From contig JAQTYF010000001.1 of NCBI GenBank assembly GCA_028688415.1, positions 80,627 to 144,626 on the forward strand: 64,000 nt of DNA, given 5' to 3'. Numbering within the stretch: the stretch's first letter is position 1; the number at the start of each line of letters is the position of its first letter. The notes under the pieces were generated by a model that was not told where the DNA came from, made no database searches, and saw nothing but the letters and a program-made list of their open reading frames with translations. The translations under genes and the position numbers were made by a program. The DNA comes from Candidatus Moraniibacteriota bacterium. Its GTDB lineage: Bacteria > Patescibacteriota > Minisyncoccia > Moranbacterales > UBA1568. This document shows positions 8,499 to 18,398 of the stretch, piece by piece.

Positions 8499-11084
8499 AT
8501 GACGAAAAAAATCGCACCAAAAAACACGTCGCACACCGCTCAGCCATCCGAGTGGATCATCGTTCGGGGTGCGCGTACGCACAATCTGAAGAACGTGACA
8601 GTACAGATGCCACGGAACAAAATGGTTGTTTTCACTGGTCTCTCTGGATCAGGCAAATCGTCTCTCGCATTTGATACCATATTTGCCGAAGGACAGCGTC
8701 GCTATGTGGAGTCACTCTCTGCGTATGCACGGCAGTTTCTGAACACGATGCAGAAGCCGGACGTGGATGAAATCGTCGGACTCTCACCGGCCATCTCTAT
8801 CGATCAGAAATCCGCGAGTCGAAATCCTCGTTCGACCGTGGCGACGATCACCGAAATCTATGACTACCTGCGTGTACTCTACGCTCGTCTCGGTCGTCCG
8901 CACTGTCTCGTGTGTGATCGGGAAATCCAGAAACTTTCTACTGAAGAAATGCTCCTCATCGTCTCCGACAAAGTGAAGCAGGCCCTTACTGTCGCCAAGA
9001 AGAAAAAAATGTTACTGAGTATCACCGCTCCGGTCGTCCGTGGACGCAAGGGAGAATACTATCAGTTGCTCTACAATGCACTGAACAAAGGATTTGCAGA
9101 AATATTTCTCGATGGGGAACGCAAGAGTCTACGTGAGCGTGTCCTCCTCTCCAAAACCAAGAAACATAACATCGATCTGATCGTCGATGAGTTGCCATTG
9201 TTCGAATTTGAAAAATTTCCCGAGACATCGAGAGAACGATTGTCCGAAGCAGTGGAGCGAGCTCTCGAAGAAAGTGACGGACTCGTCAATGTGCGTATCG
9301 GTGATGAGAGTCTCGTTCTGTCCGCCAAGTTTTCTTGTCCGTACGATGGTTTCTCCTACCCGGAAGTCGAGCCGAGGCTGTTCTCGTTCAACTCTCCCTA
9401 TGGTGCATGTGAGGCCTGCAATGGACTCGGGACGAAACATTTTTTCGGTGATGAACCGTGCGAAGTCTGTCATGGATCACGTCTTCGCGAAGAGGCTCTT
9501 CATATCCGTATCGGTGGAAAAAATATCGTGGATGTGACGACGATGATGACCGAGGATGCCAAGAAATTTTTTGACACACTCGAGCTGACTGAACGTGAGA
9601 AACAGATCGCTGCTGTCGTACTCAAGGAAGTCGGTGGACGTCTCCAATTCCTCCTCAATGTCGGACTGAATTATCTCTCACTTTCTCGTCGTGCCAATAC
9701 GCTTTCAGGAGGAGAGGCTCAGCGTATCCGTCTCGCTTCTCAGCTCGGTTCACAACTCGTGGGCGCTCTCTATGTCCTCGATGAACCGACCGTCGGACTG
9801 CATCAGCGTGACAATGATCGTCTCATCGCGACACTCAAAGACCTTCGTGATCTGGGCAATACTATTATCGTCGTCGAACACGATGAAGACACGATCTATG
9901 CTTCTGATTATCTCGTCGATATCGGACCGGGTGCAGGGGTGCATGGTGGTAATGTTGTCGTGTCCGGGTATCTCGATGATTTGCTTCAGTCACCGAAGAA
10001 TGATTCACAGTCACTCACACTCGCGTACTTGCGAGGCGAAGAAAAAATCCGGGTCCCAGAGAAGAGACGCACCAAAGAAAAAGGAACACTGAAAGTGCGT
10101 GGTGGGAAACTGTTCAATATTCATGATATGAATGTCGATGTCCCACTCGGACGGCTCAACGTCATCACCGGTGTCTCCGGCTCGGGCAAGTCGACATTGC
10201 TCTATGAAATCATTCACAAAAACCTCCAGGCTCGTTTCGACAGACGCTACAAATCCAACGAAGTATTTCACTGCAACACATTTACCGGTTCTGAATATTT
10301 GTCGCGCGCCGTACTTATCGATCAGAGTCCGATCGGTCGTACACCAAGATCGAACCCAGCGACGTACACAGGAGCATGGACACATATCCGTGATTTGTTC
10401 GCATCGAGTGAGGACGCTCGGGTACGTGGTTGGAAGGCTGGACGTTTCTCATTCAACCGTCCTGGTGGACGCTGTGAGACCTGTGAAGGAAACGGATTCA
10501 TCGCTGTCGAAATGCATTTTCTCCCGACAGTCTATGTGCCGTGCGATGTCTGCAATGGCAAACGATTCACCAAAGAAACGCTCGAGATTCTCTACAAACA
10601 CAAGAACGTTTTTCAGGTGCTCGATATGACGATCGAAGAAGCGTTCTCGTTCTTCGTGGACATCCCAGCCATCGCTGATCGTCTGAAAACACTGAACGAA
10701 GTCGGTCTCGGATATCTCAAGCTCGGTCAATCGGCGACGACACTGTCGGGTGGTGAAGCGCAACGTGTGAAAATTTCCTCGGAACTCTACCGCAAGATGT
10801 ATGAACGCACGATCTATCTCCTCGATGAACCGACGATCGGACTGCATTATGAAGACGTAAGAAAACTGATCGAGATTCTCGAGAGCCTCGTTCAAAAGGG
10901 GAATACAGTGATCCTCATCGAACACAATATGGATATTATCAAATCAGCGGACTATATCATTGATATCGGTCCCGAAGGTGGAGCAGGTGGTGGCAAGATC
11001 GTCGCTTTTGGTACGCCGGAGGAAGTAGCTCAGATGCCACGCTCGTATACTGGTCAGTATCTGAAAAAAGTCTTGAAAAAATAA
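8499..11084 (+). CDS. uvrA: UvrA paralog (short form, lacks the insertion domain between the first Cys cluster and the second zinc finger)
   Basis: '[12 protein letters not shown]', Walker A '[14 protein letters not shown]', two 'LSGGEAQR' ABC signatures, zinc-finger cysteines. Between 'CEACNGLG' and 'CEVCHGSRL' there are only about 10 aa, versus about 120 aa in the second copy. Start moved to Met at 8499 (MTKKIAPKN), which follows the extended -10. Confidence 0.85.
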   Translation: MTKKIAPKNTSHTAQPSEWIIVRGARTHNLKNVTVQMPRNKMVVFTGLSGSGKSSLAFDTIFAEGQRRYVESLSAYARQFLNTMQKPDVDEIVGLSPAISIDQKSASRNPRSTVATITEIYDYLRVLYARLGRPHCLVCDREIQKLSTEEMLLIVSDKVKQALTVAKKKKMLLSITAPVVRGRKGEYYQLLYNALNKGFAEIFLDGERKSLRERVLLSKTKKHNIDLIVDELPLFEFEKFPETSRERLSEAVERALEESDGLVNVRIGDESLVLSAKFSCPYDGFSYPEVEPRLFSFNSPYGACEACNGLGTKHFFGDEPCEVCHGSRLREEALHIRIGGKNIVDVTTMMTEDAKKFFDTLELTEREKQIAAVVLKEVGGRLQFLLNVGLNYLSLSRRANTLSGGEAQRIRLASQLGSQLVGALYVLDEPTVGLHQRDNDRLIATLKDLRDLGNTIIVVEHDEDTIYASDYLVDIGPGAGVHGGNVVVSGYLDDLLQSPKNDSQSLTLAYLRGEEKIRVPEKRRTKEKGTLKVRGGKLFNIHDMNVDVPLGRLNVITGVSGSGKSTLLYEIIHKNLQARFDRRYKSNEVFHCNTFTGSEYLSRAVLIDQSPIGRTPRSNPATYTGAWTHIRDLFASSEDARVRGWKAGRFSFNRPGGRCETCEGNGFIAVEMHFLPTVYVPCDVCNGKRFTKETLEILYKHKNVFQVLDMTIEEAFSFFVDIPAIADRLKTLNEVGLGYLKLGQSATTLSGGEAQRVKISSELYRKMYERTIYLLDEPTIGLHYEDVRKLIEILESLVQKGNTVILIEHNMDIIKSADYIIDIGPEGGAGGGKIVAFGTPEEVAQMPRSYTGQYLKKVLKK

Positions 11085-11111
11085 GGTTGCTTGTGATAAT
11101 AAAGTCTGATA

Positions 11112-11143
11112 AAAAGTCAAAAAAACCACTCAATGTTGAGTGG
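11112..11143 (-). terminator. Rho-independent terminator for - strand ORF 11263-11544
   Basis: Perfect hairpin 'ccactcaa-tg-ttgagtgg' (11126-11143). On the - strand it is followed by a U7 run (plus-strand A-run 11119-11125). Confidence 0.5.
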
Positions 11144-11262
11144 GATAAAAAAAGAGGGATGCCACGTGACACAATGTCTTTCGTAGCATCCCTGTAAAGT
11201 CTGATTCCCCTTGAATTCAGGAGGAGGGGACCTGAGAGGAATCAGCATGGCAACAAACCCCG

Positions 11263-11544
11263 TTACAATTCGTATCTCGATTTCGGTTGAAGTGTCGGCA
11301 TACGAACCGATGTGAGTACAAATTTCTTCGGTTGCGCGTTATATTTTTTGATCAACCGTTTGACTTCTCTTTCGGTTTCTCTTTTGAAATAAGGATAGGC
11401 TCCTGATTCAAAACTTCCTCTATTCATCTCAACGACTTTTTTGAAGTAAAAGAGAAATATCTCAAAAGAGAATTTTTGTTTTTCTGTGGCGAGAAAGAGA
11501 TCAAATGTCTCCTGCCCCATCTTTTTTACGAGAGGATAAGCCAT
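11263..11544 (-). CDS. Hypothetical small protein (93 aa), - strand, embedded in the NER cluster
   Basis: One of only two plausible - strand ORFs in the window. Has its own downstream terminator and hairpin-rich 3' region. Divergent from a good + strand promoter (TTGTCA-17-TATTAT at 11570-11598) for uvrC. No domain recognised. Confidence 0.45.
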   Translation of the reverse strand: MAYPLVKKMGQETFDLFLATEKQKFSFEIFLFYFKKVVEMNRGSFESGAYPYFKRETEREVKRLIKKYNAQPKKFVLTSVRMPTLQPKSRYEL

Positions 11545-11629
11545 GTTGAACCCTTTCTTGTTCGGTGTTTGGTTGTCAAAGAAACGTATTTAGTATATTA
11601 TACACCTTATTTCTCTCATTGTCAAGTAT

Positions 11630-12946
11630 ATGACACCGATCTCAGACTCTCACAGCCTGTCTCAAGAATGGAAAAAGCTTTTGAGCATAGACTCTTTTCA
11701 TAAAGAAAATAAGCTCCCAGAAGTGCCGGGGGTGTATTTCTTCTTGGACGAGAACCGAGAAATCCTCTATATAGGCAAGGCGACATCGCTCCGTGATCGG
11801 GTGAAGAGCTATTTCTCCCGAGATATACAGGAAACTCGCGGACCGAAAATCAGTTTGATGCTCGACCGTGCACGATACATCGCGTATCGAGAAACCGATT
11901 CGGTACTCGAGGCGCTCATCCTCGAGAGCAACCTCATCAAAGCAAAACAACCTCCGCACAACACCGATGCCAAAGATGACAAAAGCTATTATCTGGTCGC
12001 GATAACAAAAGAGCTCTATCCTCGTGTCCTCATGGTGAGAGGGAGGGACATCGAACAGAAAAAATTTATCGATCCTGTGAAATATCTTTTCGGACCATTC
12101 CCATCTGGAGGAGGATTGCGCGAAGCACTCAAAATCGTGCGAAAACTCTTTCCATTCCGAGACAAATGCAAGCCGTTCGAAAGAACAGCGAAGCATCCTG
12201 AGTTTGTCGAAGAGTTGCATATGAAAAATATTCCGCACCCTTGTTTTTCTGCACAAATAGGACTGTGTCCAGGAGTGTGTTCAGGAAGAATTTCTCGACA
12301 AGAGTATGGAAAAACAATCAATCATATCCGACTTTTCTTTGAAGGACATAAAAACGATATCATCAAACAATTGAAGAGAGAAATGAAAGTGTCTGCAAAA
12401 GAACTCCGATTCGAACGAGCAAACGAAATCAAAAAAACATTGTTCGGATTGCAACATATCCAAGACATCGCTCTTATCAAAGATGATCTGAAAGAACGAC
12501 ATGCGCATCGTATCGAAGCATATGATGTCGCGCATCTCGGAGGAACGGCGAGTGTCGGTGTGATGACCGTTGTAGAACAGAGTCGGAGCAATCCAAGTGA
12601 GTACCGGCAGTTCAAGTTGCGAGGGAAGCACAATGGCAATGATCTGACTGCGCTCGAAGAAATCCTGACACGACGTCTGAAGCACACAGAATGGGCACTA
12701 CCAGAAATCATCGTGGTGGATGGATCGTTGCCCCAAGTGGCAGTAGCGGAAAAAGTACTCACATGTGTGGGTCTTACCATCCCTGTCCTCGGTGTGGTAA
12801 AAGATGAGAAACATCGTCCAGACCATTTTGTCGGAGAAGAGGCGCTTACAAACCGTTTCAAAAAAGAGATGCTTCTCGCGAATAGTGAAGCGCATCGATT
12901 TGCTATTACCTTCCATAGAAAACGTCGTGCAAAAGAATTCCTCTAA
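11630..12946 (+). CDS. uvrC: Excinuclease ABC subunit C (UvrC), compact form without C-terminal (HhH)2 domain
   Basis: GIY-YIG 'PGVYFFLDENREILYIGKATSLRDRVKSYF', Cys motif 'CPGVCSG', UVR domain 'KELRFERANEIKKTLFGL', RNase-H-like endonuclease domain 'IEAYDVAHLGG...YRQFKL...IIVVDGSLPQ'. Ends at 438 aa before any HhH region. Confidence 0.85.
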   Translation: MTPISDSHSLSQEWKKLLSIDSFHKENKLPEVPGVYFFLDENREILYIGKATSLRDRVKSYFSRDIQETRGPKISLMLDRARYIAYRETDSVLEALILESNLIKAKQPPHNTDAKDDKSYYLVAITKELYPRVLMVRGRDIEQKKFIDPVKYLFGPFPSGGGLREALKIVRKLFPFRDKCKPFERTAKHPEFVEELHMKNIPHPCFSAQIGLCPGVCSGRISRQEYGKTINHIRLFFEGHKNDIIKQLKREMKVSAKELRFERANEIKKTLFGLQHIQDIALIKDDLKERHAHRIEAYDVAHLGGTASVGVMTVVEQSRSNPSEYRQFKLRGKHNGNDLTALEEILTRRLKHTEWALPEIIVVDGSLPQVAVAEKVLTCVGLTIPVLGVVKDEKHRPDHFVGEEALTNRFKKEMLLANSEAHRFAITFHRKRRAKEFL

Positions 12947-13096
12947 ACCGATCAAAAGAGCAGAGAAATCACATTTCTTAAAGAGAGAACGTTTCCTTTA
13001 CACCGCGTGAAAAAGGGTGTATCATTGAAACCAATGTATGTTTTTTCGAGGAGGAGTTTCATCTGTTCTAAAACGTTTTGAGAAAGAAATGACGTT

Positions 13097-15895
13097 ATGC
13101 CAGAGAAAAAATCAGTGATTGAGGTGCGCGGTGCTCGAGTCAATAATTTGAAGAACGTGGATGTCGATATACCGCGCAATTCCCTCGTGGTTATCACAGG
13201 ACTTTCTGGATCAGGAAAATCTTCACTGGCTTTTGATGTTCTTTTTGCAGAGGCGAATCGTCGTTATGTGGAGTCCCTTTCCTCCTACGCACGCAATTTC
13301 CTGGATGGTTTCAACAAACCAGATGTCGATGCGATTCACAATCTTTCTCCTGCTATTTCTATTGATCAGAAGAGTGTCTCTCGCAGTCCTCGTTCGACGG
13401 TTGGTACGATGACGGAAATCTATGATTATTTGCGTATTCTCTTCGCCAAGATAGGTGTGCCACATTGTCCGGACTGTGACAAACAATTGACACGTAAGAG
13501 TGTGAGATCCATCTTAGATGAGATACTCCTCTTGCCTACGGATACCTCTATTGCTTTCCTTGCTCAGAATAAAACGCTTGCTACCAAGACAGAACGAGAA
13601 GCTCTTGCGCTCATCAATACATGGGGGTATGTTCGTGTTTGTTTTCATGGAGCGTTGGTGCCGATCGCACAAGCGATAGCAGAAGCTTCTTCGACAGAAA
13701 TATCTGAAGTAATCATCGTGGTGGATCGACTCGTGTTGGATCTCACTCGTCCTGACAAAGAACGTATTCTCGATTCTCTCCAAACAGCTTTTCGTGTCGG
13801 CGAAGGAACACTGACGCTTCGTATCAATGGTACCGAAGAAGAGCGCGTCTATAATGAAGAATATCGTTGTGAAGAATGTGGAGTGAGTGTGCCAGAATTC
13901 ACACCAAGCAAATTCTCTTTCAATAGTCCAGAAGGAGCCTGTGTCAAATGTGCCGGACTCGGTGTGACGCTCGAATTCGATCCGGAATTGGTTATTCCGA
14001 ATAAGAATCTTTCTCTGGCAGAGGGAGCGATCCGTCCGTGGAGTAAGATGAATGGCGATCGTCATATGGGTAATGGACCAATGCAGTGGCTTCGGAGCGC
14101 GAGCCGTCGACAGAAATTTTCTCTTGATGTACCAGTGAAGAAATTATCGGCTAAACATCTCGCTCTTATTTTGAACGGTGAACTCGATGTACAGCAGGAT
14201 GCCTTTCCTGGAGTGATTGCTTTGCTTGAAAAAAAATACCGTGAGACAAAATCGGATCATTTGAGAGGGGATATCGAAGCCTATATGCTCACGAAACGTT
14301 GCCCGGTCTGTGAAGGGAAACGATTGCGACTTGTTTCTCTTGCGGTGAAGATTGAGGGGATGTCTATCTATGATTTTGTTTCACGAAGTGCCGAAGATTT
14401 TCTTCAGATGATCATGACACTCCATCAACATCTACTCAAAACGGAAGAACGAGGCGTGATCGATCCGCTCTTTCGAGAAATGGAATCTCGAATACGAGCA
14501 GTGGACAAAGTTGGTCTCGGATATATCGAATTGGCGCGAAGTGCTGATACGCTGTCTGGTGGTGAGGCTCAGCGTATACGCCTTTCTGTACAGATGCGAT
14601 CGGGACTATCAGGAATTATCTATGTCCTTGACGAACCGTCTGTCGGTCTTCATAGTCGAGATACTGAACAGCTGATCAGCGCACTCGAAGATCTACGCTC
14701 TGCGAACAATTCTCTCGTCGTTGTCGAGCACGATGTCGCTATTATGAGAAAAGCGGACTATATCATCGATCTCGGACCAGGAGCAGGGAGTGAGGGTGGT
14801 GAGATTATTTTTGCTGGTACTCCAGAAAAATTGATGCATTCCAAGATGTTGACTGGAGAATATCTTTCGGGAAAACGAAACATATCAAATAAAAAAATAA
14901 CACGGAAACTTACCAAAGAAGCTATCACTATTTTTGGAGCGACAGAACATAATCTGAAACATATCGATGTCAGTATTCCTCTCGGAATGCTCGTAGCGGT
15001 CTCAGGTGTTTCTGGCTCTGGAAAATCGACACTCATTCACGATATTCTTTCACGTGCATTATCGAAATATTTCTTCCGTGCCAAGACTGAACCGGGAGCG
15101 TATGAGAAAATGGAGGGATTTTCGAATATCGATAAAATAATCACTGTCACACAAGATCCTATCGGACGTACTCCTCGTTCCAATGCTGCTACATATACCG
15201 GTGTTTTTAGTCTGATTCGAGATCTTTTTGCAGAGACAACAGAAGCAGAACGAGAACGATATTCAGCGAGCTATTTTAGTTTCAATATGCGTGGTGGTCG
15301 GTGTGAGGCGTGTCAGGGTGGGGGACTGAAGAAAATAGAAATGTATCTCTTGCCGGATGTCTATGTACCGTGCGAAGTTTGTCAGGGGACGAGATATAAT
15401 GCGAAAACACTTGCTATTAAATATCGAGGAATGAGTATCGCTGATGTGTTACAGATGACTGTGACAGAAGCGAGACGCTTTTTCTTGGACCAGAAAATGA
15501 TCGAAGAAAAGTTGCGTGTGCTCGAAGAGGTAGGTCTTGGATATCTCGTCTTGGGACAGAATGCGACCAATCTCTCTGGTGGCGAGGCTCAGCGTATCAA
15601 GCTTGCTACGGAACTCGCTCGCAAATCGACCGGCAAAACACTTTATATCCTCGATGAACCGACAATTGGTCTTCATTTTGAGGATGTCCGTCGTTTGCTT
15701 GAAGTTCTCGAAGCACTGGTGGACAAAGGGAATAGTGTACTCGTCGTAGAACACAATATTGATGTGATACGGAGCGCTGATTGGGTGCTCGAACTCGGGC
15801 CTGATGGAGGCGCGCGAGGAGGAGAACTCATTTTTTCTGGACCACCAGAAAAGTTGAAACAATGCAAACGGTCTCCTACTGCAAAGTATCTGTAG
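13097..15895 (+). CDS. uvrA: Excinuclease ABC subunit A (UvrA), canonical full-length
   Basis: 932 aa. '[12 protein letters not shown]', '[13 protein letters not shown]', both ABC signatures, both zinc fingers and an intact insertion domain. Confidence 0.95.
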   Translation: MPEKKSVIEVRGARVNNLKNVDVDIPRNSLVVITGLSGSGKSSLAFDVLFAEANRRYVESLSSYARNFLDGFNKPDVDAIHNLSPAISIDQKSVSRSPRSTVGTMTEIYDYLRILFAKIGVPHCPDCDKQLTRKSVRSILDEILLLPTDTSIAFLAQNKTLATKTEREALALINTWGYVRVCFHGALVPIAQAIAEASSTEISEVIIVVDRLVLDLTRPDKERILDSLQTAFRVGEGTLTLRINGTEEERVYNEEYRCEECGVSVPEFTPSKFSFNSPEGACVKCAGLGVTLEFDPELVIPNKNLSLAEGAIRPWSKMNGDRHMGNGPMQWLRSASRRQKFSLDVPVKKLSAKHLALILNGELDVQQDAFPGVIALLEKKYRETKSDHLRGDIEAYMLTKRCPVCEGKRLRLVSLAVKIEGMSIYDFVSRSAEDFLQMIMTLHQHLLKTEERGVIDPLFREMESRIRAVDKVGLGYIELARSADTLSGGEAQRIRLSVQMRSGLSGIIYVLDEPSVGLHSRDTEQLISALEDLRSANNSLVVVEHDVAIMRKADYIIDLGPGAGSEGGEIIFAGTPEKLMHSKMLTGEYLSGKRNISNKKITRKLTKEAITIFGATEHNLKHIDVSIPLGMLVAVSGVSGSGKSTLIHDILSRALSKYFFRAKTEPGAYEKMEGFSNIDKIITVTQDPIGRTPRSNAATYTGVFSLIRDLFAETTEAERERYSASYFSFNMRGGRCEACQGGGLKKIEMYLLPDVYVPCEVCQGTRYNAKTLAIKYRGMSIADVLQMTVTEARRFFLDQKMIEEKLRVLEEVGLGYLVLGQNATNLSGGEAQRIKLATELARKSTGKTLYILDEPTIGLHFEDVRRLLEVLEALVDKGNSVLVVEHNIDVIRSADWVLELGPDGGARGGELIFSGPPEKLKQCKRSPTAKYL

Positions 15896-15950
15896 GTTGG
15901 AGATTTCTTTAGGAATTAGGTAGGTATTCGATATTAGGTATTTTATTCTT

Positions 15951-16874
15951 ATGTCCTATCGTTTAGGAAAAAACATCTTGGCAACCGTGACATATTATGA
16001 TGTTTTGGAGATGCCTCTGACTTCTTTCGAAATATGGAAACACCTCATCACGCAGAGTACGGACCAGCTTGCGTGTGATCGTCCTTGTACAATCGGTGAT
16101 ATTGTGAAATTTCTTCGGACGGGTCAATTAGAAAAGAAAATTGAAGAAAAAAATGGATTTTATTTTCTTCCTGGGCGAGAGGTACTCGTAGAGCATCGTA
16201 TCCGAGCGGAGAAAATCTCTGTTGCGAAACTGAAGCGTATGCAGAAACTCGTTGCTCTCCTCGCTTACCTTCCGTACGTCCGCATGCTCGGAGCGACTGG
16301 CAGTCTGGCAATGAAGAACGGCACACGTGAGAGTGATTGGGATATGTTTGTCGTCTTGCGATCAGGAAAAATCTGGATCGGACGAACCCTATTGACAGGT
16401 TTTCTCCATATCATAGGCAAGAGACGTCATGGCAGGAAGATACAGGATCGTGCCTGTCTGAATTATTTTATTACCGATGATAATTTAGAAATCGGAACAA
16501 AAGATCTTTTTTCGGCACACGAATATCGTTTTCTTATACCGTTTTTCGAGAAAAAGCTCTTTCAGACATTTGAGATAAAAAATCGTTGGATTGTGGAATA
16601 TAGACCAAATTTTACCCTGACCACGATACCTGCACTCTGGACAGTGAAAATGAAAAAGCAAAGAACAGCGATACAAGAGCGACTGGAGCAGTTTTTTGAT
16701 CTGCTTCATTTCGAAACATGGCTTGCCAAGTGGCAGAAGGAAAAAATCAAGCGAAATCCCAATACGTTTTTGGAAGGAAGTTTCATCAAGGCAGATGATC
16801 ATAATCTTATTTTTCTGCCTCGTCCACGTGGTCCGCAGGTATTTGAAAAATATAAAAATCGTCTGAGTGCATGA
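15951..16874 (+). CDS. Hypothetical protein with nucleotidyltransferase-fold signature
   Basis: 'GATGSLAMKNGTRESDWDMFVV' fits the minimal nucleotidyltransferase pattern hG[GS]-x(9-13)-DhD. Rest of the protein unrecognised. Confidence 0.45.
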   Translation: MSYRLGKNILATVTYYDVLEMPLTSFEIWKHLITQSTDQLACDRPCTIGDIVKFLRTGQLEKKIEEKNGFYFLPGREVLVEHRIRAEKISVAKLKRMQKLVALLAYLPYVRMLGATGSLAMKNGTRESDWDMFVVLRSGKIWIGRTLLTGFLHIIGKRRHGRKIQDRACLNYFITDDNLEIGTKDLFSAHEYRFLIPFFEKKLFQTFEIKNRWIVEYRPNFTLTTIPALWTVKMKKQRTAIQERLEQFFDLLHFETWLAKWQKEKIKRNPNTFLEGSFIKADDHNLIFLPRPRGPQVFEKYKNRLSA

Positions 16875-16951
16875 TAGAAGTCTACCTTTTTGAAATGAAT
16901 TGTGTTACAATAATGATATCGAAAAGTATTTTTGAACACACAAAAACAAAA

Positions 16952-18172
16952 ATGTCGAAATTTTTTTATACTGCAAAAAATATCACGACTGGAGAAAGTT
17001 CTGGTGGTGAATTGGAAGCCAAGGATGAAAAAAGTCTTGCTCAAGAATTACGTTCACAGGGACTTCTTTTGACTTCTCACAAGGCTCTAGAGGAAGAAAA
17101 AACTCTCAATATCAAATTCTTTGATCGTTTTTCGACAGTTCCTCTCAAAGAAAAAATGGTCTTTACTCGCAACTTGTCAGTAATGGTTTCGTCAGGTCTC
17201 ACTGTTTCTCGTGCTGTGCAAAACCTGAGTATCCAGACAAGTAATGCTCGATTCAAAGGTGTTCTCACTTCTGTCTATGATGATGTTCAGGCAGGTAGGA
17301 CGCTCTCCGAAGGTCTCGCACGTTTCCCGAGTGTTTTTGATGAGTTGTTTGTCAATATGGTGAGTGTCGGAGAGATGAGCGGAAACCTGGAAGAAATTCT
17401 CGATATCCTCGCTCTTCAACTCGAGAAAGAGCAGGATCTCTCGAGTAAAGTCAAAGGAGCACTCATCTACCCTGCAGTGATTGTGGTAGCGATGGTCGGT
17501 ATTTCTATATTGATGTTGACCTATATCCTCCCGAAGATCACAGGTGTTTTCAAGGATATGGACGTGACACTTCCTGCAACGACACTTTTCATCATGAAGA
17601 TGAGTGATCTCCTCCGAAATAATGCTATTATGGTGATTATTTTTACCATCATCTTTATTATTGGGGTAAAGATCTTTGCAGGGACTACCACCGGGAAGCG
17701 TTTCTTTAGTCTCTTGTACCTCTATTTGCCTATCGTAGGCGGTATCGTCATCAAGGTGAACTGTGCTCGTTTTGCTCGTATCTATAGCTCACTTTTGAAA
17801 AGTGGTGTTTCTGTAGTGACTGGACTAGGGATTGTCTCCAAGACACTCGGAAATGTGTACTATCAAGATGCTCTCGCAGAAGGTATCGAAGAGGTGCAGA
17901 AAGGCGTTGAACTCAGTAAAATCATCAGAAGATACCCTCATATTTTTCCGATTCTTGTTCCGCAGATTCTTGAAGTAGGTGAAGAAACTGGAAAAACCGA
18001 GACAGTACTTCGTCGTCTGGCAGAATTCTATGAAGAAGAAGTGTCTCAGATTACCAAAAATATGTCATCGATCATTGAACCGATTCTCATGCTTGTTATT
18101 GGTGGTGGTGTAGGATTTTTCGCGGTTGCTATGCTTCAGCCGATGTATAGTGTTCTCGAAAATATCAAATAG
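16952..18172 (+). CDS. pilC: Type IV pilus assembly / T2SS platform protein PilC (GspF family)
   Basis: Two GspF-type repeats, three hydrophobic segments, N-terminal 'MSKFFYTAKNITTGESSGGELEAKDEKSLAQELRSQGLLL'. Start moved from 16871 to the Met at 16952. Confidence 0.85.
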   Translation: MSKFFYTAKNITTGESSGGELEAKDEKSLAQELRSQGLLLTSHKALEEEKTLNIKFFDRFSTVPLKEKMVFTRNLSVMVSSGLTVSRAVQNLSIQTSNARFKGVLTSVYDDVQAGRTLSEGLARFPSVFDELFVNMVSVGEMSGNLEEILDILALQLEKEQDLSSKVKGALIYPAVIVVAMVGISILMLTYILPKITGVFKDMDVTLPATTLFIMKMSDLLRNNAIMVIIFTIIFIIGVKIFAGTTTGKRFFSLLYLYLPIVGGIVIKVNCARFARIYSSLLKSGVSVVTGLGIVSKTLGNVYYQDALAEGIEEVQKGVELSKIIRRYPHIFPILVPQILEVGEETGKTETVLRRLAEFYEEEVSQITKNMSSIIEPILMLVIGGGVGFFAVAMLQPMYSVLENIK

Positions 18173-18174
18173 TT

Positions 18175-18297
18175 TCAAAGTATTTTTTTTGGAAAATTTC
18201 ATTGTTAGACGCTCTGGTACTCGACACGGTACTCTGAGTACCGCTTACTCCATTCCTCACGTCTGTCGCGAACTTTTCTCAAAAAAAATACTTTGAA
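18175..18297 (+). repeat. Long inverted-repeat element between pilC and first pilin gene
   Basis: Arms 'tcaaagtatttttttt' (18175-18190) and 'caaaaaaaatactttgaa' (18280-18297). Inner perfect hairpin 'cggtactc-t-gagtaccg'. Arm motif shared with the 27110-27316 element. Confidence 0.5.
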
Positions 18298-18398
18298 GCT
18301 TATTACAAAAATCGTTTCTCAATAACAGATTTATAAACAGGGTTATTTGAGGAAATATTTTGATATTTTTTATGCTCGTTACGAGTCGCAAATTACAA

